Made by a program: the position numbers and the translations under genes. The notes under the pieces are model-generated. The model worked only from the letters and a program-made list of their open reading frames with translations, ran no database searches and had not been told where the DNA came from. A stretch of DNA of 63,882 nucleotides, counting the filler, from Choristocarpus tenellus KU-1152 (lineage: Eukaryota; Protista; Phaeophyceae): the NCBI GenBank assembly GCA_964200185.2. It is 13 parts of 13 records of this genome, joined end to end, with 100 filler letters (N's around TTAATTAATTAA, not from the genome) between each part and the next. Parts side by side here need not be neighbours in the genome. Positions count along the whole stretch, not along the records: positions 1 to 7,874 come from CAXNAD020005460.1; positions 7,975 to 15,940 come from CAXNAD020005327.1; 11 more parts are not named here. The stretch is one strand, 5' to 3'. Shown here one piece after another: positions 1 to 12,476 of the stretch. How positions within the stretch are numbered: position 1 is the first letter of the stretch; every line of letters starts with the position of its first letter.

Positions 1-45
1 AACACCCTGGTGTAGACCCCCCCCCCCTCTCAGATACTTTGGGTC
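1..45. mobile_element. 3' end of MITE subfamily A
   Basis: AACACCCTGGTGTAGAC...CAGATACTTTGGGTC matches 1119-1164. Confidence 0.75.
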
Positions 46-893
46 AAACTAAAGCCCACCATTGCAATCTATCGACTTGAAGTAGTGTAATGGAAAGACC
101 AGGACCCTCACATTCCTAAAGGTATACCTTTTCTCTTCAGAGGATCCTAGGGGACGCGCAGCAGCGCCTAGATTTGGAGAGATCAATTTGGGGATTGACC
201 TAACTCTGGGTTGGAACACTCTTGACTTGATGATGTCCAATGAAGTAACGAATTTCATTGACTCTATATTGGGTCTAATCCTAGGAGGGGTCAGGCATCC
301 ATTCAGGTCCTGTGTGGTCATGTAGTGATCTTCATGTCATCTGAGTGAATGTGTCAGATTTAAGGCCAATTTTCTCCATCTAAATACTCCTTCCTTTTCC
401 ACCCCCATGCATGGATTAAATCCGAAAAAAAATTCCACTCAAAACGGGCACCAACTTAGGGTGTCTTACAACAACACCCCATCAAGGCCTTAGTGGACAA
501 CCTCATATAAACACACACCCCACCTCTAGGTGACCAAGGGCTTGAATTGTGGTGTCATCTTGTGAGTGGAAAAGGGAAACATCCAATTTGCAGACACCCT
601 TTTGCACATCAAGCAATACCATAGGGTGTATTTATTGCACAGGGTAAAAATGATGTATTTGAAGAAAAGGGACGACGTACGCCTACCACTCATCTTTTTT
701 GGTGGTTGAGTACAGTTGTGGTTATATGTTCGATGAAAAGGATGATATGCTCTTTGCGTCACCTTGTTCCTTGATCGCAAACATATGCAGTAAATAACTT
801 CAGAACGTGACTGTGTTTGCTCTTCATGTGCAATATACGTGGGTTGAGAACCCATGAAAACGAGAGGAAGCAGAAGAAAATGAGGTATAACCT

Positions 894-1164
894 GGCTCAA
901 AGTATCTGGGGGGNNNNNNNNNNGGGGGAAAAAGCAAAGAAAAAAGAGAGGAAGAAGAGAAAAGGGGGGTTGTCCCCGGGTAGAAGGGGGGGGGGGGGGG
1001 GGGGGGGGTGGCGGCTGTCCATTTGGGGCCAATTTTTTCATGTCCCGATTTTGGGTGATTTGGTTGCATACACCTGATGGATAGTGTAAATTCACTTTTC
1101 TTGATTTTGACCAAAATGAACACCCTGGTGTAGACAGCCCTGCCCCGCACAAATACTTTGGGTC
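894..1164. mobile_element. Short non-autonomous TIR element (MITE, subfamily A) with 4-bp TSD ACCT
   Basis: Ends GGCTCAAAGTATCTG...CAAATACTTTGGGTC; ACCT at 890-893 and 1165-1168. Homologous to the copies at 1-45, 42502-42574, 47120-47296, 49050-49214 and 52843-52913. Confidence 0.85.
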
Positions 1165-1759
1165 ACCTGAGTCTCCCGTCCTCTCTTGTTTCTAACACTT
1201 AATCTTGTTGAAAAAAATCCATGTATTTCCTTGCTAACAATATGACATTTGTCGATCAACAGCAATGTACATGGGAACAGTGAAAGATTAGTAGTTCCTA
1301 CCACTGTAATTGTCTCGAATGGAAGTATAGTCAAACCTACTCTTGCAGTCAGGGTGTCAGATGTCTTACCTTCAACGAGGCGTACATACACCCATTTTTT
1401 TTTAATTATAATACAATCACCTGTAGTCAACACATGAGTATTCGACACAGATAGGTTGAACTGTATATACTAATATACAGATAGATGTTCAATGCTCCAA
1501 ACACTTGTCACATCTCCCATTAAAAATATCTGCTTGAAGTTCGAAATTCACAGAAGAACTCAAAACTCATACAAAAACACCCGGCCTGGCCGAACAAAAA
1601 CACAACTTGCTTGAGCCAGCCCACGGCGCAGTCTTGACAAAGTTATTCTAATGGCTACACCCTGGTCCTCTTAATTTTATCTAATACTAAGTTGGCTCAT
1701 GACCAGACCCAATCTGTATCCCTGAGGCCCCTGATCCGGCCCTGTCAGAAAACGTTCTT

Positions 1760-2560
1760 ACTGAGTCAGCTTGCATCCCTCCCTATTGCCGTTACTTGGT
1801 TTGATGAAAGGTCCTGCAAAAACCTCAACCTCCACTAATATAGCGTTAGCAGGCGCTACTACAACAGCAACTCTGTTTCCAAAAATACACGCTTCTATGC
1901 ACATCATGCATCTAATCAACGCTTCTTGTAAATGAAGCTTCCAAGTTTCCACTGACCCAATGCACCACCCAGAGGCATTCTTCAGATACACCCTTCATCG
2001 TTTTGATACAGGATAGAAACGCGGCCATCACTCTCTTACCCTGTGGATGGAGTTGTTCGGGGGTTGAGCTCAGAATATAGAACTACTGCCACTTTCTCCT
2101 CCCTTTCGATCTGTACAATTTGTGGGAATCACACCCAGAATAGCGATGCCAACCAATGTTTCTTCCACCCCAGCAAAATTCTGAATAACACAATGTATAC
2201 AAATTTGAAGTTTAGATATTCTTGAACTCTGTCTTTGTTGACTCAAGATAAGGTTTTTCAACAGTAGATGTCTAAACATCTTGATTTCGGGTCACAAACT
2301 TGTTGCGTCCAAGTTCCACCTCGCAGCAAAGGGGTAATCCAGTTCTTCAGATCATCCTGCTACTAGAATCGTTCAGTAATGGCTTCGGATACAACCTGAT
2401 AAGTTCATCCACATCCATCATTTCCATTTTTGAAGTATAATAGGACAGCTCTGAGTCTGTGGGGCGACCAGGGGCAAGATCGTGTTTGTCGACACTCACA
2501 AAGCATTGCCATTGCCCTCCGCGATTCTTGAACCCATTAGCCACAACATTGAAAACCCAA
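1760..2560 (-). mobile_element. Decayed hAT-like transposase C-terminal remnant
   Basis: Broken frames FVSVDKHDLAP...SELSYY...VDELIRLY and FAGVEETLVGIAILGVIPTNCTDR resemble the hAT dimerisation region (FP...L....IP..S..CER). Many stops and frameshifts. Confidence 0.35.
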
Positions 2561-3034
2561 ACCAGGAAAGCTAACCAAAGAAAAACCTGCATCCACAAGG
2601 GAAGGTTAGTAAAGGGAGAGGACAGGCAGATCAAGTCAAGATTGGGGGTGGGTGGCAAAGCGCCACAAACAACAACAGAGCGGATTGGAATGTACATTGA
2701 GGCAACAGAGATTTGCATTGGAGTATACTCTTGAGCTCTACTCTCTTGACCAAACTAATTCAAAAATGTGGAATAGAGGAGGAGGTAACATTGAGATAAG
2801 TTCTTGACTGTTTTGATTGGTTTCACCAAGACGGTCCAGGGTTTTGTAACAACATTGCCGACTTAGAATGGACAGCAATAGAGTCCAAGACCATGGGCTG
2901 CTAGTCCTCCATTACGAATGAGGGAGTCGGTTGAAAGAAAGTGTCCCAATTCAAGGCCATTTTGTTAATACATGCCGATTGTACGCACGCACTATTTATT
3001 GAATACTTGTTACCAAAAGGATCTATTGTTCTAT

Positions 3035-6000
3035 TCAGACTCCCTTTTCAGGCTCTTCTCTGTTCCTTACTGATGTGAGCTCAACCATATCTAAATGAGT
3101 GGAAATTATTTCCAGATGCTTGTGCTCACAACACAGACTACCTCTTGAACAGTTTAGCCAAGCGAGAATTGGAGCTTTTCTTCTCAGCACAAAAATTAAC
3201 ACAATGAATATACCACTCTTAAATTTCATCAAAACGTTTGCATAGGGAGATGGAAAAGAAAAAAGGGTTGGATATCTGCAACTGCGAAAATAAAAAATTG
3301 CAGGAAGTGAGGAAAAAGTGCTATCACAAGGTGTCATATGCAAAGAACCTGGAGGTGCGATTTTGGCTGATAGTGAAAGAACTGTCTATACAATCATTGA
3401 CAGTAATTTGGTGAAAAAACAATATCAGAAATCAACTTCATACACTCGTACTACCCCTCCCCCCACACAAACCCTTGATCTAGTCTGAATTTTTCCGAAG
3501 TAGTTTATGGTTTGTCAAAAAAGATTGGGGTAAAACACTTTGCTAGAGAAAAACTACTGGCAAGAAATATAACAATGGTTAACCTTGCTACATACTTTGT
3601 GAACACACCGTCTTTTACACGCCTCTCTTCCCCACTATCACGTGGTTATCCATTCTAGCCCCCTAAAATATTACTCTTTTATGCTTGGTATTATATATTA
3701 TCTCCCTACCTGCACAGAGACCATAAATGTTCTTTAAAAAATACAAACGGTGTGTGCATGCTGGGGAGTCAATGCGTAACACAATTTTTTTTTCAACAAC
3801 AGCACTCACCCAGAAGGTAATGGCAACTGCAAACCATAACGCGACACCAAAATGAGTGCCATCTCCACCAAAGAAAACGCCTGCACAGGTTTCAAATTTC
3901 TCCGGATCCTTGGAATAGGCATTAGGATACGCATCCCTAAAATTCTCTGGTTTAGTAAATAGACCGCTTGCCAAGAGACCCCATATGCCACAGACGTAGT
4001 GAACTGCAGATGCGTTGACTGAGTCATCCTTCTTGAGGCAGAGGAGTGCACGTGATGCGATGTGATACAACAACACTCCAATAGTGGCAACCAATGCTGC
4101 TTGGGTGAAGGGTATAGTGGCACAGCCTGGAGTCATAGGTATTGGGCATGGCCTCGTAAGATCAGGGTACCATGACAGAAGGAATAGTCTGGGAGCACAA
4201 GGAGAATGCTTTTTTGAAAAAAAGTCTAGCAAGAGAGAGCTCAGGGTGAAGGTTGGTCAAGACATAATATATAAAGTGTGATGATTGTGGAAAAACTCAC
4301 ACAACCCAAGCCAACCTATGCCATAAGCTCCTACGTACCAGCGGTGATGCTGACAAGTCCAGCAAGAATGCCATCGATCGCTGCACCATGGATGCTCTTC
4401 TTTGTTCGCATGTATACATACCCTTTCTTAAGCTTGAGGATGGAGCCCGGGAATGTGCTGAGACACTCTTCACTGTTAGGTCCTGGTAGCACGTCTTGAT
4501 GGGCGGTTCTGTCACCGAATGTGGCGGAGTCATACATCCATTCCATAACCATTGATACCACGGAACCAATTGCTGTATTCGAGGGCAGGAAGGACAGGGA
4601 TAAGATCAATAATGGAGGATTTGGGGTGGGGTATGTTTGGTTTCCAAAAGGTACTGCATCCATGTGTGTAGCAACATTTCCTGACATCCAATTGGTGCTA
4701 GGCAGGAAGGATCAGGTAGATAGGTTGTGATGAGAGGGTTTGGAGCTTGTTAGTGTCTGGTGTGTACCACAAAACGATATTCATCAGCAAAAATCTATTA
4801 GGTGTAGCCTTTAGACAAAGCATCCCTACTGGAGTTATCAGAAGAGGTAGAAAGGTGCCCAAGGGCTGAGAAAATATGACCGAACAAACTACAAAAAATA
4901 CCATCCATGCTTATTGACAAAGGACAGGGTGGGAAGCGATATGTTTGCTGCCTAAATATTTGTAACGACTATCAACAACTTGCCTCCTGCCAAGAATGTG
5001 TTGACAGCAACTCGGGAAACAGTCACTTGGGCGGAGGTGGTAGAGATCTGCAACATGGAACCGCAGTTGAAGCCAAACCTGTGAGGCAAATACCAGGTTA
5101 GTGACGTTTGCCGTTTCCTATAACAATGAAACTAGAAATGAAGGATGGGGGAACATTCAGTTTGTTGTGTCTCTCCAGAATAGTAAAGTGGGTTATAAAC
5201 AATATTTGCACACCCTCGAAGGTCATTATGGCATTGTCACGTGCAAGCGCAGGGACAGGTAACCTGAATACATGTTGTACTTGAGGAAACTTGAATTTGG
5301 CATAAGCGAAATCGGGGCAGTGGTAACGAAGCTGTCATGCACCGAAGTAATATCTTGTGTGATATTTATTTCAGCATTGGATGAAGAGGCCCATACAACC
5401 TGTGGCCACAAAGGTGTGAATGTACCGTGGCCCACAGACATCACAACCGCACTGACCAGGCCAACCACAGCAGGAACGCCCCTAGCGTTTGCAGCACCTC
5501 ATCATGGGGTTTATATTTAATTGTGTTCAGCGTCCTCCTCCTGTCTCCTGGGAACCTTTCATTACGTGCTTTGAGGTAGAATGATAGAAACACGCTTACA
5601 GCTCCTCCAGTTACGTGCACTACGCCTGATCCTGCAAAGTCGACCACACCTGTGACCATACGTCAAATATTTGATACTTTCCGTTACGTTTCCCTGTGGG
5701 CAGTCAATCGCGAGCTCAAGCAGAACAGAGTGTGAATAAATATTACGGGGCTCACTGCACAAAGTGTGGTTAGGTACGTTCGGCAATGAATGCAGGGCTG
5801 GGCAGCAGCTGTGGACAGTCACTTTGGGTGCGACCCAAGTACACGATGATTAACACTCACCACAGGAGAACGGGAGCTCTGGGTTAAGGACAGACCAGTA
5901 ACCATCATCCGACCAGGCCATCCGAGCTGTGGCAGGATAGATCACACAGGCTGTCCAAATGGAATCTGTGATGGAATTCCGATGTCTTGGTCTCAAAACA

Positions 6001-7039
6001 ATTTCATGTGGGTTTCTGGGGTTTCTATCTCTTCGAGATCAGTCATGGTCTAGGTACTCGACGACTTGAGGCAGTGAGAACCAGCAAAAGCAACGACTAT
6101 TTGGTCCTCTTTAGTGGATGGGTGATAGAGCACAACGACTCAAATGTCTTGGTGACACTTACATAGCACGTAGAACTTGAACCTCACTCGGTCCGCGACA
6201 GCACCTTTGTTGACCCAAAGTATTGGCATTGCCAATATCAAGCCAATGGGATCATATTGGTATGAAGATTAGTTGGATCGTCATTTTTCAAACTGGGTCC
6301 GAGGGGTCAACTATGCACGCGAAAATTGCAATGTGTTGGATGTTAGTGGTAGGTTCCAGGTGATATGAAGTACTGCAACATCTGCAGACGTTGCAAATAA
6401 CCCATGGTGGAAGGCAGGACATACACAGAACACACCTGAAGCAATGGTAACGGAGGTGGCGCAGAAGCCCCACGAAAACAGGAAGTTAAGAAGATCCTTT
6501 GCCACAGCATCCCTTGTATCTGCAGAGTCAATATCTGATTGCGATATTCGAAACGTAGACATTGCCAGAGGGTGAAATGGGAAATATGTTCGGAGTCACG
6601 AATGGTAAGGATTGCTAGTTTTAGAGGAAAATCTGTTGTTGACGTTTCTCACCATGGAGAAACAAGGCACTCTTTCCGCGCGAAGCAATCGCATACCCAC
6701 AACATGCCCAGCAGATAATTGCGACTGAAGCATCCACGAAGTTCTTCAGCAGGATCTTGGTGGGTTTAGAGGTTCTAGCAATCGTTCCTATCTGGTAGAC
6801 AGGAAAATATCAGCCATTAGTCACAAAATGACCCCTCGTACTTTGGGTTGTAAATGTCATGAATGCATGAGCTCTACTGCTAGGAGATAAATAAAAATCA
6901 ACAAGTTGATCTATCAGTCCTTCACCTCATAAGCCGTGAATCCTGGTTGCATAAAAAGCACTAGGGCAAGAGAGATGAGCATGAAGAGCTGATCTGCAGC
7001 TTGAGCCAGTCCCTCAAGTGTTACCTGATCACCATCCAT
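3035..7039 (-). CDS. AMT: Ammonium transporter (Amt/Mep/Rh family), ~10 exons
   Basis: Exons 7039-6926, 6791-6653, 6534-6436, 6204-6163, 5965-5861, 5649-5457, 5078-4984, 4572-4339, 4126-3810, 3217-3035 (last exon end uncertain) join in frame. They carry the Amt motifs LFMQPGFTAYE, KILLKN, GFCATSVTIASGAVADR, DFAGSGVVH, WFGFNCGS, GILAGLVSITAGC and DDSVNASAVH. Confidence 0.93.
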
Positions 7040-7696
7040 GTTTTTAGTGAGGAGATGGGTGGCCATTATATCTACTGGATAGGAGGTGGCTTGTGTAAGG
7101 ATGTTTGTATATTTAGAAGTAGCACGAGAAAATCGACATGTTCTTTGTGTGGTAGTGAGAGTTGGTGGATTCCTATTTTTAAAACTATTTTACCGAATGA
7201 AATTGGAATATGTCCATTTGCTTCCATTTTATCAAATTTGTCAATAATGGTTCTAGAATGTACAAGCTACAAAATGATAATTTTGTACTGATTTTGCAGT
7301 TCTCAGAACCCATCTTGACGTCATCTACCGTTCGAGGCCGCCATGACGCGTACCTCGCACTGTAACACAATATTTTGACTTCAATTGTTAACCGTTCGCA
7401 CTAAACACGTTAAGTTTGTACTGGACCTTTGACGTAGGAAGATTGTTTGTTCTGAGGTAGGCGGTCCTACCCAGAAGTAATCTGATATATTTTACATGAG
7501 GTGGACTATGTGGTGGAGGTAGTTTTCTTGTAGCTTAGTTTAAGAGATGCCACTTGATTCGCAAATCATGTTTCAGTTTTGACCTCTTGTGACTTTGTGT
7601 TCAACCCATATCTGGTAGACTATTGCACCTCATCTACATTTTATATGGATGTGAGGAAGATCTGACCCACTTCAGAAAGTCCATGCTGCTTTGATC

Positions 7697-7747
7697 ATGG
7701 GGTGCTGCACGTCACAAATCGACCGCGATTCCACCCGGGCTGCTGAG
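7697..7747 (+). CDS. Probable first exon of a gene starting MGCCTS (N-myristoylation/palmitoylation motif); remainder lost at contig end
   Basis: ATG at 7697 gives MGCCTSQIDRDSTRAAE, followed by a GAG|GTGTGC donor. Divergent from the Amt start. Confidence 0.4.
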
Positions 7748-7874
7748 GTGTGCCAGTTTATCAAGGATCGGAGAGTACTGGACGACCGTACCCGACAATA
7801 TTGGATAGAGGAGTTTGTCAAACAACGAAGTCCCTGTAATATCAACACCCATGGCTGGGGTCACAACCGAACAC

Positions 7875-7974
7875 NNNNNNNNNNNNNNNNNNNNNNNNNN
7901 NNNNNNNNNNNNNNNNNNTTAATTAATTAANNNNNNNNNNNNNNNNNNNNNNNNNNNNNNNNNNNNNNNNNNNN
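7875..7974. other. Artificial contig linker (44N-TTAATTAATTAA-44N), first of 12
   Basis: Identical 100-nt spacers also at 15941, 21456, 24481, 27786, 30627, 35383, 39479, 42575, 47020, 52914 and 58333. The core puts stop codons in all six frames. Confidence 0.98.
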
Positions 7975-8831
7975 GTTCAAACACGGGGCGGTTGAATGGG
8001 TCCTTTTGCAAGGACCCCTAAGGCTCGTCGAGGACCTGGTTCAGGTGCCCTGAGAGTCAACCATGGATATATACGATATACGATTGAAACAGCCTTCTTT
8101 TTTTTTCTATTCATCTATTAATGGAACATCATGACCATCGCCCGCGGGAAGACTTGAATACCTCAGAGCAACAGCAGCGTAAGTATTGAGGAAAAGAGCG
8201 TCTAGACGCAACAACGTAGGCCAATTCGAGGGCATTCGCACGCCAACAGCGCAAGGTAGCACCATCAGCTTTCCACATAGATGGCCGGTTGATCTCCAAT
8301 TGGATGTAGAATCTCATCCACTTTTTTCGAGAATGTCTATTGACAAGAGGTGACTGCGACGATCGCAATCTGTACCCCTCCCCCGACATGACCCCACGTA
8401 AGGAGTACTATTACCTTCAAATAGGACACTCACATTGACTCTTCATATTACAGTGGAACTTAGCGCCTTTTCGAGTTTAGGTGTGGGTGGGTGTATCAAC
8501 ACCTATAGAAGTACCACTCTTCGCATCATGCACTACCCTACACCTGCACCACATCAGCACTATTGTATAGTTTGTTTTCTTGCATGTAAAACAGGCTACT
8601 GAATGCAACTGTAGATTAAGAAAGAGAGCCAAAGGAACAAGTATTGTTGAACAATTTCCTTACCCTCAACCCTAACACCAACCAGCCTCTATGGTATCTG
8701 ATCCTACTTGTGTTGTTAACACTAACGAATGACCTCCAGATCACCACTGCCTTTTACTGCATCAGTAGCACAAATCTGTACCACATACCATAGTTTGATC
8801 ATGCGTAGAGCCCCATGTCTTGCAGGGCAGT

Positions 8832-8835
<4 letters not shown>

Positions 8836-8872
<37 letters not shown>
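8836..8872. repeat. (AT)n microsatellite
   Basis: Perfect AT run. Confidence 0.95.
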
Positions 8873-8876
<4 letters not shown>

Positions 8877-9287
8877 GCCATATTCACTGACCTCTGCTTG
8901 ACCAAGGTTACTTGCTGATGCAACCAAACTATCCATTAGGGCAAGTTTATCCTAATTTGTCACAACCACCTCATATCCTACTGGGTTGTACTGTCTCTGC
9001 CTGTTTTGTTGGAGTGAGCCGGAGAGGTAAGTTCATGCTTTCCCCAAAGAATAACACAATTTGGTGTTTGATACGTTGATTGATTTACCGCAAGATAGTA
9101 CATTTCAACTGCTGCACTTGGCAAAGTCTTACACCTTGCCCTCATGATTTTTGTGTAGTCAACCTTAACGGACACTCATTATGCCTAAGGAACTGTGCGT
9201 TCCTTGTAACAATAACACTGCTGATTTATATTGTGCTCCTCAAACATAACTGGTGTCCCCTAGTCCCCATAAAATGTGTCCTCTCAC

Positions 9288-10575
9288 ATGTTATTGCACC
9301 CGCGCATGATGCTTACAAATGCCGATACTGCCTGGGAAGGGTTGGAGACCACTCTCACTGGAGCAATATCAGCATAGGTCTCATCTTGTGAAAGCTGCGA
9401 GGTGTGTATGTAACCCAGGAGGTCAAAAGGCAAAGTAGTACAGATGAACAAGAGGGGAGACTGGAGTGTTCACAGGGAGGGAGAACTTCAGCAGTGCAAT
9501 GGCGTGATGATTATCACACCACGCAAGTACCAACCGGCGAGCTCAACACATTGCCTTGGGTGGAGTCGTTGCACCTTACAGAGAGGCTGGACGACACAGC
9601 CATTTTCTGTCGTCCACAACTTGTAGAAGTGCTACTTCCTCAGTGATGGTTTAGAGGAGGGGGGGGAGGAGGGAATATGGGGGGAGGGCATAGAACACTA
9701 CCCCACAAGATACCTGCACATTGACCGCTCCTTGGTCATTTGCTTGGTACCAGTCACCGGCCCCCACCAACCGAAGGAGGCGAGGCAAGTCTCTGTAAGC
9801 GTCTGGTCCTGTGACAACGTCCACAGCACCCTTCTCCAGTAGTTCTTCCTTTAGGCGCTCTGCCATGCAGCCCAAGACACCAACTTTCAGGTCACCAACC
9901 CTTGTTGTTGCTGCAGCGGTGGGCGCACCATCACGCCTAGTTACCGCTGCCATGGCCTTTCTTCGTTGCCGCCTTCCGTGGTCCAAATGGAGGTTGGGGC
10001 GATTAGGTTCGTGCAATCAGGGCGTAATATACGGACACGTGTAAGCTATGGTCGTGGTGGTGGCTGCTGGGGACCACAAATGCTATACGAAGCAGAATTA
10101 CACAGATCTCCTCAAGTGGTTACCCTCACCGGACCGATGCGAAGTACTGAAGCCGGTCCCAAACCTTTCCCTCAGCCTTTTCGCGAATGGCACATGTATT
10201 GGCAAGCACAACCGAGGCATCTTCAATCTTGCCAGCCTCTTTGAAGCCCTCTCTAAGAAGGATGGACCTAACCACCTCGGTATCGCTCACGTTCATCTGG
10301 CATCCGTATGTCTCTATGAAGAACGTGACACTATCTTTAGAGTTGCCGTGCTCTACCTCCTCACCACCGAATGATGACACTGGGTAACTCATTTGTGTTG
10401 GTGGTGACGATTGGTTTCCGGCTATCTTGCCTCCACGCCCAATGAAGTCTCCCAGTCCGGGGCCATTAGGCAATGTTTGAACCAGTTTCGGGGTAGGCAC
10501 CACCATGGTGCCTTTCCCTCTGGATGAGAGGCATCTCCCGGCTTGGGCAGCGTGTCTTACACCTCTTGAGATCAT
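9288..10575 (-). CDS. CDK5RAP1: tRNA 2-methylthiotransferase MiaB/CDK5RAP1 (mitochondrial type), 5' exons only
   Basis: Exons 10575-10130, 9972-9714, 9394-9288. Motifs [63 protein letters not shown] (start of the radical-SAM CxxxCxxC). Arg/Ser-rich N-terminus resembles a mitochondrial presequence. Downstream exons not found before the linker. Confidence 0.93.
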
Positions 10576-10828
10576 GTCCTAAGGGAGAGCATATGCAATG
10601 CGTGGACGACAGGACATGGAAGACACAACACCGACTAGGCTCCACAAGTGCTTACACCCCACACTCTACACCAACATACTACAACCTTTGTGACCGCGCG
10701 CTGTGTGTTGTGGTCGATCAACACCAACATCCAAAATTCAAAACAGTACTAAAAAACAATACACTACTTGTTCTAATATGTTATTGGTGTTAATATATTT
10801 TTTGGTCATGCACTAGATAAGGGGTGAT

Positions 10829-11350
10829 TTGGGTCATAATGGACAGGTACATCTTAAAGCCGTCAGACATGCTTGTGAAGGTTTGAGTTACAACCTTATT
10901 GTTGGTGAAGCTACAAGGAAAACGGCACCCCCACGTGATTACTTCAGGAACAGGAATGCATGGTCAGATCAGTCCATTTTGAAGAGGTGGTTTTGTATCG
11001 TCTTTGTCCCGCACGTTAGGAGAGTGATTTCCAACCCTGTTCTGTTCCTGATGGACAACTATGCTGGTCATGTTGAACCGATCAATATGGGAAGGGAAGG
11101 CAGGTAATAGTTACAGTTAATGAATTCTTGACTAACTGCAGTATACACCAGCCAATGGGTTAGGGTGTCACTGCTGAGTGAAGAAAGCATATTATTGCAG
11201 AACGGAGCTCCAGCGTGTCTGTATGTCGACTGTGTTCATGGCTTTTCAACTTTGGCAGCAGGCTCACGACAGAAAATGGTCCAAGGGGTGGCTGGATTCA
11301 GTGAGGGCTATAACTCTCACATACTGGATTATTTTGAGATTGGGGTTAGG
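10829..11350 (+). mobile_element. Decayed pogo/Tigger-type (DDE_1) transposase remnant
   Basis: YFRNRNAWSDQSILKRWFCIVFVPHVRR...VLFLMDNYAGH matches the NAWM..F..W..F.P..VLL.LDN..H pattern. A degenerate TNCS.HQPM (PNTTS..QPMD-like) segment with stops follows. Confidence 0.7.
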
Positions 11351-12476
11351 GCCTGAGACAACTAAAACAGGACTCCATTACCAGGTAATCGTAACTCGTA
11401 AGTCCTATCTATCCTGTCAGTCTCCTCACCACTCACACCACACCCGTTCACCCCCCTATTTTATGTTATGCCATAGAGGGTGTCGTCTTTCATGATCTTA
11501 TGTTTTGTAGGGTTAAAAGCCTAACATATCATCATGGATTGTGATGTCAAGGTACGAACCAATACACGAGATAGATCAACGTCTTTATCTGGAGTAATTT
11601 GTTTGGAGGGTGGAGCCCTGTGTTAAGGAAAGGTGCATGTAGAAGGTACTCAAGGAGAGTACATAAATGGTGAATTCGAATAGGGGTGTGTGTAGTGTAG
11701 TGGGTTTGTTACACATAGTAGGTGGAAAGCTCAGTATTATGAAGCTCTTACAGGGACTTCCAAAATTAACAATGCACACATTAATTCTCCTGTCTCGGGG
11801 GTTTAAACTCCCACATTCCACATAATGAGTACATGGAAAAATGACTGCCCAAAACATTAGCCAGGGTGCATGGACAGAATTAAAAGGTACAGATAAACAG
11901 TACAGACTTTGAAAGAGCATGCGTAGGAAAAATAGCAAAGAGGTAGTTTAGTGAATACCTCTACCGGATCCTGCTGAGCAACTAGAGTGGCACACATACA
12001 CAATTATGTCCTACTCAGTAGAATATATGAGCACAACTAGTGGGAGTATAGGAGAGCCTCGCGTCATGCAGGATCCCCACACGCACCATCAACATTAGGG
12101 AAAGTTATCTCGCCACTTTTGCGTAGGACAGAGCAAACCTTCTCCTTACGGAGCTCAATCATCAATATCAAATACCGTAGAGCAAGTATATGGGTACGAG
12201 AAAGGGCCAAGTTTGAGGGGGGTGAAATCCTTCTATGTTCTCATGCTCCAATGAGCTGAGAATTGCACATACAATCGTGGATACGCCTGTGTGAACACTC
12301 AATGTCTACCCTAATAAAGTTCTCAGCAAAAGATGAGAGGGACACAGACCATACTGAAGTTCAATTTGTTGTTTCTTGAGTGGAATCACCCACTCACACC
12401 GTGCTTCGATACATGTATGAAACTCAACTGAACCCATCCCAGTTTTTGATCCAAGCGACAAAGAGGATTTTCCTGT

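Noticed and set aside
9288-9394. Apparent frameshift in MiaB exon 3
   Set aside because: On recount the exon is in frame ([25 protein letters not shown]).
11585-12400. Possible Copia gag zinc-knuckle remnant (WKNDCPK)
   Set aside because: A single weak motif with no complete CCHC or supporting pol motifs.
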